The translations under genes and the position numbers were made by a program. The notes beneath the pieces are model-generated. The model searched no databases. It was not told the origin of the DNA and saw nothing but the letters and a program-made list of their open reading frames with translations. This document shows, piece by piece, positions 7,249 to 16,247 of a stretch of DNA of 20,586 nt (the first letter of the stretch is position 1; each line of letters opens with the position of its first letter). Origin of the DNA: Deinococcales bacterium (GTDB lineage: Bacteria; Deinococcota; Deinococci; Deinococcales; JAAFIG01); the NCBI GenBank assembly GCA_043778225.1, contig JAYWGM010000058.1, positions 1 through 20,586 of the forward strand. The letters run 5' to 3'.

Positions 7249-7755
7249 ATGAAAAAGCCCATTTTGATTCTTTTGGTGGTGTTTGGATTTTTTGGTTTGG
7301 CACAGGCACAAAGCTCGAGCATTGGCTTACGGCTTTCTGCTTCGCTGCTTTTTAATGTGGTCTATACTTATAATTTTGAAGCACCAAATCAAGGATTTGC
7401 GGCTCGAGCATATTTGGGGGCGACGCTACTGCCCAATGGCAACGGTGCAACAGGGGCGATAGGAGGTGGCGCAGAAGGTATCTATCGTGCGCCGATTGGT
7501 GGTCTCTCGAGTGTTTATTTTGGGCTTGGGGCAAGTGCGGTTTATGTCAGTAATGGGAATACGAATCCAAATTCCAGTTTTCCAAGTACCTATTTTGGCG
7601 GTTTGGTCTACTTTCTTGCTGGTGTTGAGGTTGGGTTGGGAGAAAATCTTGCCTTATCCTTTGATATACAACCACTCAGTTATGCCATCACTCCATTTTT
7701 TAGTAATTTAAGTACCATTCCATTGTTTGCGCTTTCGTTGGCTTACCGCTTTTAA
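7249..7755 (+). CDS. Secreted protein, probable small outer-membrane beta-barrel
   Basis: Signal peptide ending AQA, Gly/aromatic alternating strands (VYFGLGASA, LAGVEVGL), C-terminal YRF. Confidence 0.7.
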   Translation: MKKPILILLVVFGFFGLAQAQSSSIGLRLSASLLFNVVYTYNFEAPNQGFAARAYLGATLLPNGNGATGAIGGGAEGIYRAPIGGLSSVYFGLGASAVYVSNGNTNPNSSFPSTYFGGLVYFLAGVEVGLGENLALSFDIQPLSYAITPFFSNLSTIPLFALSLAYRF

Positions 7756-8345
7756 TGTATACCACCATCTCGAGCGAGGTTCGCCACAGTATTGTGGTCA
7801 AAAACTCAGAATTTTTGGCTTTTGCGGCATCAGTTTCCAGTGTACAGCTTGCCCTTTCTTGGCTCAAGCAACTGCGAAAGCGCTATCCAGACTCGAGTCA
7901 TGTGTGCTGGGCATACAAAATCGGTTCGCTTTACCGATTTTCCGACGACGGCGAACCGAGCGGCACGGCTGGCGCACCAATCTACCGCGTTCTCGAGATG
8001 AGTGGCTTGGACTTTTTGGTGCTGGCAGTGGTGCGCTATTATGGCGGTACAAATCTTGGGGCGGGTGGCTTGGCACGAGCATATGGCGGCGCGGTGCTAC
8101 AGGTATTGCAAATTGCCGATAGAATAGAGGTGCATCCTCGAGTGCGCCTCAAACTTGTGGTCGGATTTGAGCAAACGAGCTTACTTCATCGGTTGCTTGA
8201 GCCATTTGATTTAACACAACGAACCGATACTTTTACCCAAGATGGACTCGAGGTGTGTTGCTCAGCGCTTTTGTCGGATGTTTCAAAACTCGAGCTTTGG
8301 CTGCGTGATGTCACTCGAGGACAGGGCAAACTCGAGGTACAATAA
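7755..8345 (+). CDS. yigZ: YigZ/IMPACT family protein
   Basis: KNSEFLA, HVCWAY, SDDGEPSGTAGAPI, VVRYYGGTNLGAGGLARAYG; TAATG overlap with the upstream gene. Confidence 0.93.
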   Translation: MYTTISSEVRHSIVVKNSEFLAFAASVSSVQLALSWLKQLRKRYPDSSHVCWAYKIGSLYRFSDDGEPSGTAGAPIYRVLEMSGLDFLVLAVVRYYGGTNLGAGGLARAYGGAVLQVLQIADRIEVHPRVRLKLVVGFEQTSLLHRLLEPFDLTQRTDTFTQDGLEVCCSALLSDVSKLELWLRDVTRGQGKLEVQ

Positions 8346-8351
8346 CAACCA

Positions 8352-9515
8352 ATGATTGAGTTAAAAGCCAACCGAGACCGCCGTGTACGAAATTTTCACC
8401 CATGGATTTTTAAGGACGACATTGCTCATGTGACTGGTGACCACTTGCCCGGTGTGTTGCTCGAAGTACGCGATGCCAATGGCGCATTTGTCGGTTTGGC
8501 TTTTTATAACGCCAAAGCCAATATCCCAGCCCGAATCATCAGCTTAGAGCGGGTCAAAATCGGTGTTGAGTTTTACCGTAAAAAAATAGCGGCTGCCCTC
8601 GAGCAACGCAGCCAGCTTACCCAAACGAATGCGGTGCGAATCCTCAATGCTGAATCGGACGGTATCCCCGGTTTGATTGTTGACAATTTTGATGGTGTCT
8701 TGGCGGTACAAATTCGTAATGCTGGCTTAGAAAATCACCGTGAGATGATTCTCGAGGCACTCAAAAAAGAAACTGGCGCAAGCAGTGCTTATGAGCGCTC
8801 TGACACCACCGAGCGCAACAAGGAAGGCTTACAGCCGCAAATTGGGATTTTATGGGGCGATGTGCCAGAAGTCGTGCGTTTTATTGAAGATCAGATTCAA
8901 TTTGAATTTAAGCCGTTTGAAGCCCAAAAGACTGGTTTTTACCTTGACCAACGCGATAATCGTCGCCGTTTAGCTGCTCTGGTCAACTCGAGCAGTAAAG
9001 TCTTGGATGTCTATTCGTATACAGGCGGTTTTAGTTTGTATGCGGCAAAAGCTGGGGCAACGGCGCTTGCCGTGGATAAAGACGCGATTGCGCTGCAAGC
9101 TCTCGAGCGCAGTGCTGCCAAGAACAACCTCGAGAAACGAATTTCGGTGCGACTCGGTGATGCCCTAGAGGTACTTGACCAGTTGGTTCTCGAGAAAAAA
9201 CGCTTTACTCATGCGATTATTGACCCGCCAACCCTAGCAAAACGCAAAGAAGAAGTCATGGCAGCCAAACGTATTTTTACAATTGCCACCAAAAATGTGC
9301 TAAAAATGCTCGAGCCTCATGGGATTATTTTTGTGAGCACTTGTGCCTACCACATCAAAACCGATGATTTACTCGAGGCGTGTCGAATGGCAGGTTCGGA
9401 TGCGGGGCGTAAACTCGAGGTCATGGATGTGACCTACCAGCCAGCTGACCATCCATGGGTCTTACAAATTCCGGAGTCCTTATACTTAAAGACCCTGATT
9501 CTACGTGCTGATTAG
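8352..9515 (+). CDS. rlmI: RlmI-family SAM-dependent 23S rRNA m5C methyltransferase (PUA domain)
   Basis: HPWIF, ESDGIPGLIVD, QKTGFYLDQRDNR, VLDVYSYTGGFS, DPP, STC, DHP...YLK. Confidence 0.88.
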   Translation: MIELKANRDRRVRNFHPWIFKDDIAHVTGDHLPGVLLEVRDANGAFVGLAFYNAKANIPARIISLERVKIGVEFYRKKIAAALEQRSQLTQTNAVRILNAESDGIPGLIVDNFDGVLAVQIRNAGLENHREMILEALKKETGASSAYERSDTTERNKEGLQPQIGILWGDVPEVVRFIEDQIQFEFKPFEAQKTGFYLDQRDNRRRLAALVNSSSKVLDVYSYTGGFSLYAAKAGATALAVDKDAIALQALERSAAKNNLEKRISVRLGDALEVLDQLVLEKKRFTHAIIDPPTLAKRKEEVMAAKRIFTIATKNVLKMLEPHGIIFVSTCAYHIKTDDLLEACRMAGSDAGRKLEVMDVTYQPADHPWVLQIPESLYLKTLILRAD

Positions 9516-10717
9516 TCCAGCACGGCTCGAGCCAGCCGCTTGATACCTTCTTGGATTTGTTCGATGTTGGGTGTCGCAAAACTCAGGCGTAAGTAATTAC
9601 TGCGTTTGGCATCTGGGAAAAACCCAGCCCCCGGCACAAAGATAATGCCAGTCTCGATGGCTTTTTGCACCAGAGTCATGGTGTCCACACCCTCTGCCAT
9701 TTTTGCCCAGATAAACATTCCACCGCTTGGGGCGTTAAACTCGAGAACCCCGCTTGGAAAGCATTTGGCAATTTCCTGCATCATGGCTTGACCTTTTGCG
9801 CCGTAAGCTGCCCGAATTTTTGGCAGTTGGGCTTCTAGTCTACCCGTCTCGAGGTACGCCGCCGCGACGTGCTGGGTAAAACTTGAGGAGTGTAAATCGG
9901 CGGCTTGTTTAGCAATCGTCAGGGCTTGAATCAATCCGCTTGGGGCAATCATCCAGCCTAGGCGCAATCCGGGCGCAACAAATTTAGACAAGGTACTCAT
10001 GTAAAGTACAAAATCGCTCGAGCCAGCCACCAAGTCGGTCAAGGCATAAATCGGCGAGATACTTTCGCCCGAAAAGCGCAATTCGCTGTATGGGTCGTCT
10101 TCGACAATAAGAATTTTTTCTCGGGTGGCAATCTCGAGCAGTTTTTGGCGGCGTTCCAAGGACAGGGTTGCACCGCTTGGATTACCAAAAGTGGCAACTG
10201 TATAGATAAATTTAGGGCGCTTACCGATTTTTTTGCACTCGAGAATGGCGCGTTCTAAATCTTCTATCTGAATCCCATCGGCATCTTGCTCGATACCGAC
10301 CATTTGGGCTTGGTAAAGTTCAAAGACTTGTACTGCCGCCAAATAGGCTGGGCGTTCGACCAGCACCAGATCGTCTGGGTCAAGTAAAATTTTAGAAATC
10401 AGGTCAATCCCTTGTTGCGAACCCGTGGTCACAATCACGTTCTCGAGGTCAAGGCTAGGTACATTGCGGGTTGCCATGACTTTGGCGATTTGCTGCTTAA
10501 AACCAAGGTAGCCATCGGTTGCGCCGTACTGCAAAGCCGCACTGCTGTTTCTCGAGAGTGCAGTCTCGGTGGCAGCTTCTATCCCTTCGACATCAAATAA
10601 ACTTGGGTCGGGTAGTCCACCAGCAAACGAAATAATATCTTTGCGGTTAGCGACCTTGAGGATTTCTCGGACAAAGGATGGTTTTGCGAACTGCATTCGG
10701 CTTGACAAGGGATACAT
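9512..10717 (-). CDS. PLP-dependent aminotransferase, class I/II (LysN/ARO8-like)
   Basis: ISFAGGLPDP, TTGSQQGIDL, NPSG, EDDPYSEL, TLSKFVAPGLRLGW. Start placed at ATG 10717, 6 nt after a TATGAT -10. Stop overlaps the rlmI stop. Confidence 0.9.
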   Translation of the reverse strand: MYPLSSRMQFAKPSFVREILKVANRKDIISFAGGLPDPSLFDVEGIEAATETALSRNSSAALQYGATDGYLGFKQQIAKVMATRNVPSLDLENVIVTTGSQQGIDLISKILLDPDDLVLVERPAYLAAVQVFELYQAQMVGIEQDADGIQIEDLERAILECKKIGKRPKFIYTVATFGNPSGATLSLERRQKLLEIATREKILIVEDDPYSELRFSGESISPIYALTDLVAGSSDFVLYMSTLSKFVAPGLRLGWMIAPSGLIQALTIAKQAADLHSSSFTQHVAAAYLETGRLEAQLPKIRAAYGAKGQAMMQEIAKCFPSGVLEFNAPSGGMFIWAKMAEGVDTMTLVQKAIETGIIFVPGAGFFPDAKRSNYLRLSFATPNIEQIQEGIKRLARAVLD

Positions 10718-10723
10718 GACCAA

Positions 10724-10729
10724 ATCATA
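10724..10729 (-). promoter_or_regulatory. Leaderless-type -10 for the aminotransferase
   Basis: TATGAT, 6 nt, ATG. Confidence 0.6.
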
Positions 10730-10764
10730 CGCTTTTTAAGGGCTAAATGCCAGAAGTATCTGAT

Positions 10765-12162
10765 TTATGGGGTAAACGGGGTCGGAATGACGTTGAAAAT
10801 CACGGCTGCCAATAACGCAACCACTAAAATCAGCACCACCCGACCGAACCATGTGCCAATCAGCCATTGCAAAGCCAAATAGGCGGTCAGCAATACCGCG
10901 CCATAAAAACCAACTAAGGCGGCTTGAGCGGGCAGCATTCGCATTTCGCCCAGCACAATTAAGCCGCCACAGACCAAATAGAGCAGCCATAGGTAATCTC
11001 CACCTTGTTGGGCTTTGGGATTGGAAACTGGCGTGGGCGGGGTGCTGATGACGGGTACAGCCGGACTGTTGGGCGGTGGTGTGCTACTCCAGATTTGTCC
11101 GCCGGGGGCTTGTTTGGGGTTGGTTGGTGGGCTGACATAAGGCGGCGGTGGTTTGACGGCTGGCGGGGCTGGCGGTGTGACTTTGATGGTTTGCTGTACG
11201 GCTGGTTTTTTGCCTTGGGTTTGCTCGAGTAGTGCTAAAAAGGCTTGGGCAGTTTGTGGGCGCTCATCCACCTTCATTTTCATGGCTTTCTCGAGAACAT
11301 CCGAGAAGGCTTTGCTGACTTTGGGATTGAGTTCGCGGGCGGTTGGTTGCTTGACTCCACTGGCACGGTCGGTGGCAGCCACCGGTTCTTTACCGGTTAA
11401 AGCAAATTGCAATGTGCCAGCCAGCGCGTAAACATCGGTAAACGGTCCACGGCGAGCTTCGGAGGCATACTGCTCGAGTGGGGCATAACCAGGCGTAATG
11501 ATAATGCTGACTCGAGCGCCACCCGCGATTTCTCGAGCGCTGCCAAAATCTATCAGCACTGCACCGCGCTGTACCATCATGATGTTATCGGGTTTTATAT
11601 CGCGGTGTAAAAGGTTTGAGCTATGCACCAAAGTCAGGGCATCTACCACTTCTCGAGCAATTTGTAGCACTTGTTGTTCGCTTAGAACCCCGCCTTTTTC
11701 GACCAAACTTTGCAGTGGCTTACCTTCCAAGAATTCCATGGTGTAATACTCGGTGTCGTTTTCGGTAAAGACATCGTAGACCCGTACAATATGGGCGCTT
11801 GGCGTAGCCAGCGTTAAACGCGCTACCAGACGGGCTTCATCGGCAAATCTGGCTCGAGCTTCGGCAAACTCTTTTGCCCCATACGTGGCTGGTGGACGGA
11901 CACTCATGCCAATCCGCACACTGCCTGAAGGTTGGAATTCTTTGACCACAACAGGAATTGCCATGGTTGTGTTCTGGGCTTTGTAAGTAATACCAAAGCC
12001 GCCCTGCCCAAGGACTTTTTCGATTTTGTACTTGCCGCCTTGTAAGGCTGTGCCAGTTTTAATGGCAGTGGGGTACTGTGCGCCTTCGAGGCTTGCGCCA
12101 CACATACTGCACGTTTTGCTGGCATCTGGATTTTGGGTGGCACAATAAGGACAAACAATCAT
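10765..12162 (-). CDS. Hanks-type Ser/Thr kinase with N-terminal zinc ribbon, Pro-rich linker and C-terminal TM helices
   Basis: CxxC...CxxC; GQGGFG, VVKE, HRDIKPDN, DFG, GYAPLEQ, DVYAL; hydrophobic C-terminus. Confidence 0.95.
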   Translation of the reverse strand: MIVCPYCATQNPDASKTCSMCGASLEGAQYPTAIKTGTALQGGKYKIEKVLGQGGFGITYKAQNTTMAIPVVVKEFQPSGSVRIGMSVRPPATYGAKEFAEARARFADEARLVARLTLATPSAHIVRVYDVFTENDTEYYTMEFLEGKPLQSLVEKGGVLSEQQVLQIAREVVDALTLVHSSNLLHRDIKPDNIMMVQRGAVLIDFGSAREIAGGARVSIIITPGYAPLEQYASEARRGPFTDVYALAGTLQFALTGKEPVAATDRASGVKQPTARELNPKVSKAFSDVLEKAMKMKVDERPQTAQAFLALLEQTQGKKPAVQQTIKVTPPAPPAVKPPPPYVSPPTNPKQAPGGQIWSSTPPPNSPAVPVISTPPTPVSNPKAQQGGDYLWLLYLVCGGLIVLGEMRMLPAQAALVGFYGAVLLTAYLALQWLIGTWFGRVVLILVVALLAAVIFNVIPTPFTP

Positions 12163-12178
12163 GGGTATTTCCTAATGG

Positions 12179-13885
12179 TTAAAGCGGGTCTCGGGTCTCG
12201 AGTTTCATGACCAGCGCGGTGGCATTGTCCGAGGTGCTGCGTTCTAAGGCTTGACGCACCAGACGGTCGGCGAGGTCTTGAGGCTCGAGTGGTTCTAAGA
12301 GGGCAGTTTCAAATTCTTTGGGTGGAAAAACGCCCCAAACGCCATCGGAAACAATCACGATTTTGGCATTGGCTGGAATGGTGTGTTCGCCGAGTTCCAC
12401 ATAATCGGGCGGCAGTTCGCGGTTGCTGCCCAACGCCCGCATGATTTTATTGCTGTCGGGGTGATTATGGGCGGCTTCGGCTGGAATAATCCCCATTTTA
12501 ACAAACATCGCCACCATGCTGTGGTCTTCAGAAATTTGCCTAACACTATCGGTAATTAAATAAGCTCGAGTATCGCCAACATGAGCCAGTGCAACTCTAT
12601 CGCCGTCGGCAATTACCCCCGTAAAAGTGCAGCCGCCGTTTTTACCTTCCAATGCCCCAATCACTCGAGCGTTGGCTAAGGCAATCGCATCATGAACCAC
12701 ATCTTTTGAAATTTCGGAAAGCGGATAATCCAAAAAGCCAGAAACCGCCGCCTGACTGGCATCTTCGCCTTTTGCCATGCCACCGATACCATCGGCAACA
12801 CACGCCACCACAATCGCATCGTTGTAGGCTGCCCCTGTGGCGCGTCTCGAGCGGTAGCCAACCGAATCTTCGTTGGTCACACGGTCGGGGTTAATACCGA
12901 CGGTCGTGGCAGTTCCTAGCACCCAAGCAAAACGTGGTTCAAGCGCCCGTTCAAGTTTGCTGCAAAGCTCTAAAGCATCCGAAGGGTTGACTCGAGTGGT
13001 CGAGGGCGAAAGCATGGCGGTCAGGGCTTGAGGCACACCGGGCGTTTCGGGAAAAGTAGTCAACATTTCGCCTTCGATTGGAATCTGACCCGTCAGGGCA
13101 TGATAAAGCAGCGCCCCAAGCGCATAAACACCTTCACTGCCACTAATTTTATGACCGGCGGCGCGTTCGGGTGCGCCATATCGCGGCGCTTCGGCACTGA
13201 CGCTATCGCCGATTTTATGGACATTGGGAAGGCGCTGTAAGCGGGTTGGCTCGAGTAACACATCGCGTGGGTCTACCGAAATCATTGCAAAGCCACGGGC
13301 GTGCAAATAGCGATTGAGCCGTGCCAAATCCACAATGGCGGTCACGACCGTGTTTTTATTTTTTTCGTAAATGGCTGACTCGAGCGTGTTGCCTTCGAGT
13401 TTTGGGTGAGCAATTAAAATTTTGCCGTCAATTTCGCCAGCATCTATCAGCATCGGCAACATCGGATGCGGATAAAGCGCTCGGGTTACATCCGCGCCTT
13501 TGCTGTAAATTGCAATTCGGACTTCTGTTCCATCGGGGGCTTTGGCGATGACCCGTCCGGCGGATTCTTGGGTTAAAAGTGCGTACTCGCCGCGCTCGAG
13601 TTTCATGATTGGCGGTACAACCAGTTGCGGTGCAGCGCTGGCGGTGGTGGTTGGCTCAAGGATTTCTTCCTCGAGAAAACTGTTGTCCTCGGTCTGGATT
13701 GGCGCGTTTAGGGCTGCTTGTTCTTGTTCCCAAGCCAGAACATCTGGTGGTGGCATAAAGACCCCAGACTCTTCTGGAAGCACATAGACACCTTCGTCAG
13801 TCTCGAGCATATCGTAAGGCTCAGATAACTCGACGGTATCCGATATAATCACGCCATCTCCCTGACGTGGGTCTTGGTTGTTCAC
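12179..13885 (-). CDS. Degenerate kinase domain fused to a PP2C/PPM phosphatase
   Basis: PP2C motifs NED, VADGIGG, HVGDTRAY, SDG, SDNAT. Upstream kinase-like C-lobe YGAPER and VYALGALLYHALTG, but no HRD or DFG. GTG overlaps the upstream TGA. Confidence 0.88.
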   Translation of the reverse strand: MNNQDPRQGDGVIISDTVELSEPYDMLETDEGVYVLPEESGVFMPPPDVLAWEQEQAALNAPIQTEDNSFLEEEILEPTTTASAAPQLVVPPIMKLERGEYALLTQESAGRVIAKAPDGTEVRIAIYSKGADVTRALYPHPMLPMLIDAGEIDGKILIAHPKLEGNTLESAIYEKNKNTVVTAIVDLARLNRYLHARGFAMISVDPRDVLLEPTRLQRLPNVHKIGDSVSAEAPRYGAPERAAGHKISGSEGVYALGALLYHALTGQIPIEGEMLTTFPETPGVPQALTAMLSPSTTRVNPSDALELCSKLERALEPRFAWVLGTATTVGINPDRVTNEDSVGYRSRRATGAAYNDAIVVACVADGIGGMAKGEDASQAAVSGFLDYPLSEISKDVVHDAIALANARVIGALEGKNGGCTFTGVIADGDRVALAHVGDTRAYLITDSVRQISEDHSMVAMFVKMGIIPAEAAHNHPDSNKIMRALGSNRELPPDYVELGEHTIPANAKIVIVSDGVWGVFPPKEFETALLEPLEPQDLADRLVRQALERSTSDNATALVMKLETRDPL

Positions 13886-14700
13886 GCGCCATCACTCGAG
13901 TAAACAAATAAGAATTTCATGTTGCCAAATGCAACTTCATCGCCATCTGAAAGGGCTTGTGGCTCGATGATTCGTGGGCTGTATTGGGCTTGTCCCGCCC
14001 GTTTGACATAGACTCCATTGGTGCTGCCTAAATCGCGTACCAGCCATGCCCCATGCTCGAGGTAGACTTCGGCATGACGGCGTGAAATATAATTTTCGCC
14101 CTGCCCACCAGACAAGTCTATATCCACAGGTCCAGCACTTGGGTCAAAACGCCCAACCACCATTCGTTCGGAGTGCATGGTGTAACCCTCGTTGCTCCCT
14201 GCACCAAGGTTGCGCGGAATCAAACGTGCCACCCTGATAGGTGTTTCCATCGTGGCTTTGGGATTGACGCTGCCATCCAAGGTAGAGCCAAGCACCGCCG
14301 CAATTGGTGCAACTGCTGGAATGGCAATGGCAATGGCTGGAATTGTTGGCACAACAATTTCTGGCACAACAACTTCTGGTAAAGCCGCAACTTCGGTCTC
14401 GAGGTCTAGGGCTGACTCGTCGCTTGGGGCAACTAAATCAAGGTCTGGAAGTGGTGGCGGGGTCAGTTCTAATTCTGGCAATGACGGTAAAGCTGTCTCG
14501 AGTATAGCCGGAACTTCGGCGACGGCTTCTGGGGTGGCTTGGAAAAGCTCGGTATTTTCGATCGTTGGTGGCACAAAAGGCGCAACTTCTGGGGTGCTAA
14601 TCGTGTTGAGCGCGACAGGAGCGCTTAACTCCACGCCGCAACCCTCGCAGAACTTTGAACCATCTGGATTTTCTGTACCGCATACGTGACAAACAATCAT
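13882..14700 (-). CDS. Zinc-ribbon + acidic/Pro-rich linker + FHA domain protein
   Basis: CHVC...CEGC; FHA motifs GR, SRRHA, DLGSTNG; SD AGGAG. Confidence 0.92.
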   Translation of the reverse strand: MIVCHVCGTENPDGSKFCEGCGVELSAPVALNTISTPEVAPFVPPTIENTELFQATPEAVAEVPAILETALPSLPELELTPPPLPDLDLVAPSDESALDLETEVAALPEVVVPEIVVPTIPAIAIAIPAVAPIAAVLGSTLDGSVNPKATMETPIRVARLIPRNLGAGSNEGYTMHSERMVVGRFDPSAGPVDIDLSGGQGENYISRRHAEVYLEHGAWLVRDLGSTNGVYVKRAGQAQYSPRIIEPQALSDGDEVAFGNMKFLFVYSSDGA

Positions 14701-14750
14701 GGTAACTCCTTTATGATTTTATTTTAACAAGGATTGCGTGAAGTTTGCAC

Positions 14751-16091
14751 TCATGCACCTGTCAGCTTACGAATTTCTTCATCCGAGGGTAAACCACTGG
14801 CATTGCTCGAGCCACCACCGACCTTGATGGTTTGGGTTTTTGCGCCCATTTTGATTGTTTTGGCAGTCCCAGCCGAGATACCTTGCCCAGACTCGAGTTC
14901 TGACTTGGCTTGGTCTAAGACTTGGGTCATGGCAGCATTGCCAAGGCGAACGGTCATGGCTCGGGCGATTTCGATTGTTTTGGCGGCTGCCTTTGGGTTA
15001 CTTTGGGCTTCTTGGGCAGCTTGTTTGACCAGACCCTCGAGGTTGCGCTGTTGTACATACCCCATGACGGTTGGATTGACCGAGGCGGTGGCGTTTTCGT
15101 CAAAGCTAAACTCGACCACCACATCGATTGGTGGAATCTCGCCGCGCCTGCCTTCGCCAGGCATATCAAAGGTCAAGCCAATCTGAGCAATGCGGACTCG
15201 AGCCGGTGGGCGTGGTGGTAGGGTCAGTTCAAGTAAAAAAGCCGTCTGGTCTTTGGACTCGAGGTTGCCTGCCCGCGATTTCATTGCCCCGCCAACGTTT
15301 TGCATTTCGCATTCGGCTAGAAATGGATAAACGCGGGTTACGCGGTCTAAGGTCACGCCTTTAACGCCACGCAAGCTAAACTCGAGGTTGGTCACGACTT
15401 CGCTGGCAGCCCGCTTAAATTCTTCGCCCAGCACATCATCGAGGTTATCGGCAAGCACACTGGCGGGTGGCTTGGCATTTTGTCCAACCACATGGATGAC
15501 TCTGCCGCCCGTGCGGTCAGAAATTTCGCTCATTAGGTCTTCGTTGAATTCGTCGCCCACGCCGATACTGGTAATCGCTACCCCTTGGGCAACATAGGTG
15601 TTGGTCACGGCGCGGCAAGCATCCTCGTCAAAAGTTGCCCCGTCGGTCACGAGCATTACCCGTTTATTGGTGTTTCCAGCCACCGTATGGTTGAGTGCCT
15701 CGAGCATCCCCAAGCCCATCATTGTACCGCCCGAGTGCTTTCGCAGTGCTTCGACTGCATTTTGCATCTGGTTGCGGTTGCTGGTTGGGGCGGTCATGGT
15801 GCTGGCATCATCGTCAAATTGAACAATCGCTACCGTGTCTTGGTCGGATAAATTAGAACTCGAGACCAAGGCTTTCATGGCATGAAGCGTTAAATCCAAT
15901 TTGGTTTTGCCCCCCGCGACTTTTTCGCGCATACTGCCCGAGGTATCGACAATAAAAGTCAGGGCAAGCGCGGCTCGAGTTGTCATTTGTGGGGTCAGTT
16001 GGGCTAACAAAAAGAGTTTTTGGGTATCCGAACTGCCTTCCGGCGAGGCACGTAAATAGTTGCGGTGTGGGGTTAAAGAGACTTCGATCAA
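14751..16091 (-). CDS. von Willebrand factor type A (vWA) domain protein
   Basis: MIDAS DTSGS, GGT, VTDG; TTG start with SD AGGAGG. Confidence 0.92.
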   Translation of the reverse strand: MIEVSLTPHRNYLRASPEGSSDTQKLFLLAQLTPQMTTRAALALTFIVDTSGSMREKVAGGKTKLDLTLHAMKALVSSSNLSDQDTVAIVQFDDDASTMTAPTSNRNQMQNAVEALRKHSGGTMMGLGMLEALNHTVAGNTNKRVMLVTDGATFDEDACRAVTNTYVAQGVAITSIGVGDEFNEDLMSEISDRTGGRVIHVVGQNAKPPASVLADNLDDVLGEEFKRAASEVVTNLEFSLRGVKGVTLDRVTRVYPFLAECEMQNVGGAMKSRAGNLESKDQTAFLLELTLPPRPPARVRIAQIGLTFDMPGEGRRGEIPPIDVVVEFSFDENATASVNPTVMGYVQQRNLEGLVKQAAQEAQSNPKAAAKTIEIARAMTVRLGNAAMTQVLDQAKSELESGQGISAGTAKTIKMGAKTQTIKVGGGSSNASGLPSDEEIRKLTGA

Positions 16092-16247
16092 GGCATCCTC
16101 CTATAGGAATTGACTACTTCCCATTCTACGCTTTTTGCTAATAAAAAGTTTCATCGGGTTTCTATGCCCAAAGGATGAGACGCGATGCAATCATGACAAA
16201 CACTTACCCAGAGGTGATTCAAGTTACAATAAGGCTCGAGGTCACAC

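Noticed and set aside
8352..9515. Methyltransferase as the enzyme behind CTCGAG enrichment
   Set aside because: PUA domain and motifs identify an RlmI-type rRNA methyltransferase, not a DNA methyltransferase.
16152..16187. Riboswitch upstream of the channel gene
   Set aside because: Single imperfect hairpin without recognisable c-di-AMP, fluoride or Mn/Mg riboswitch motifs, and upstream of the nearest -10.
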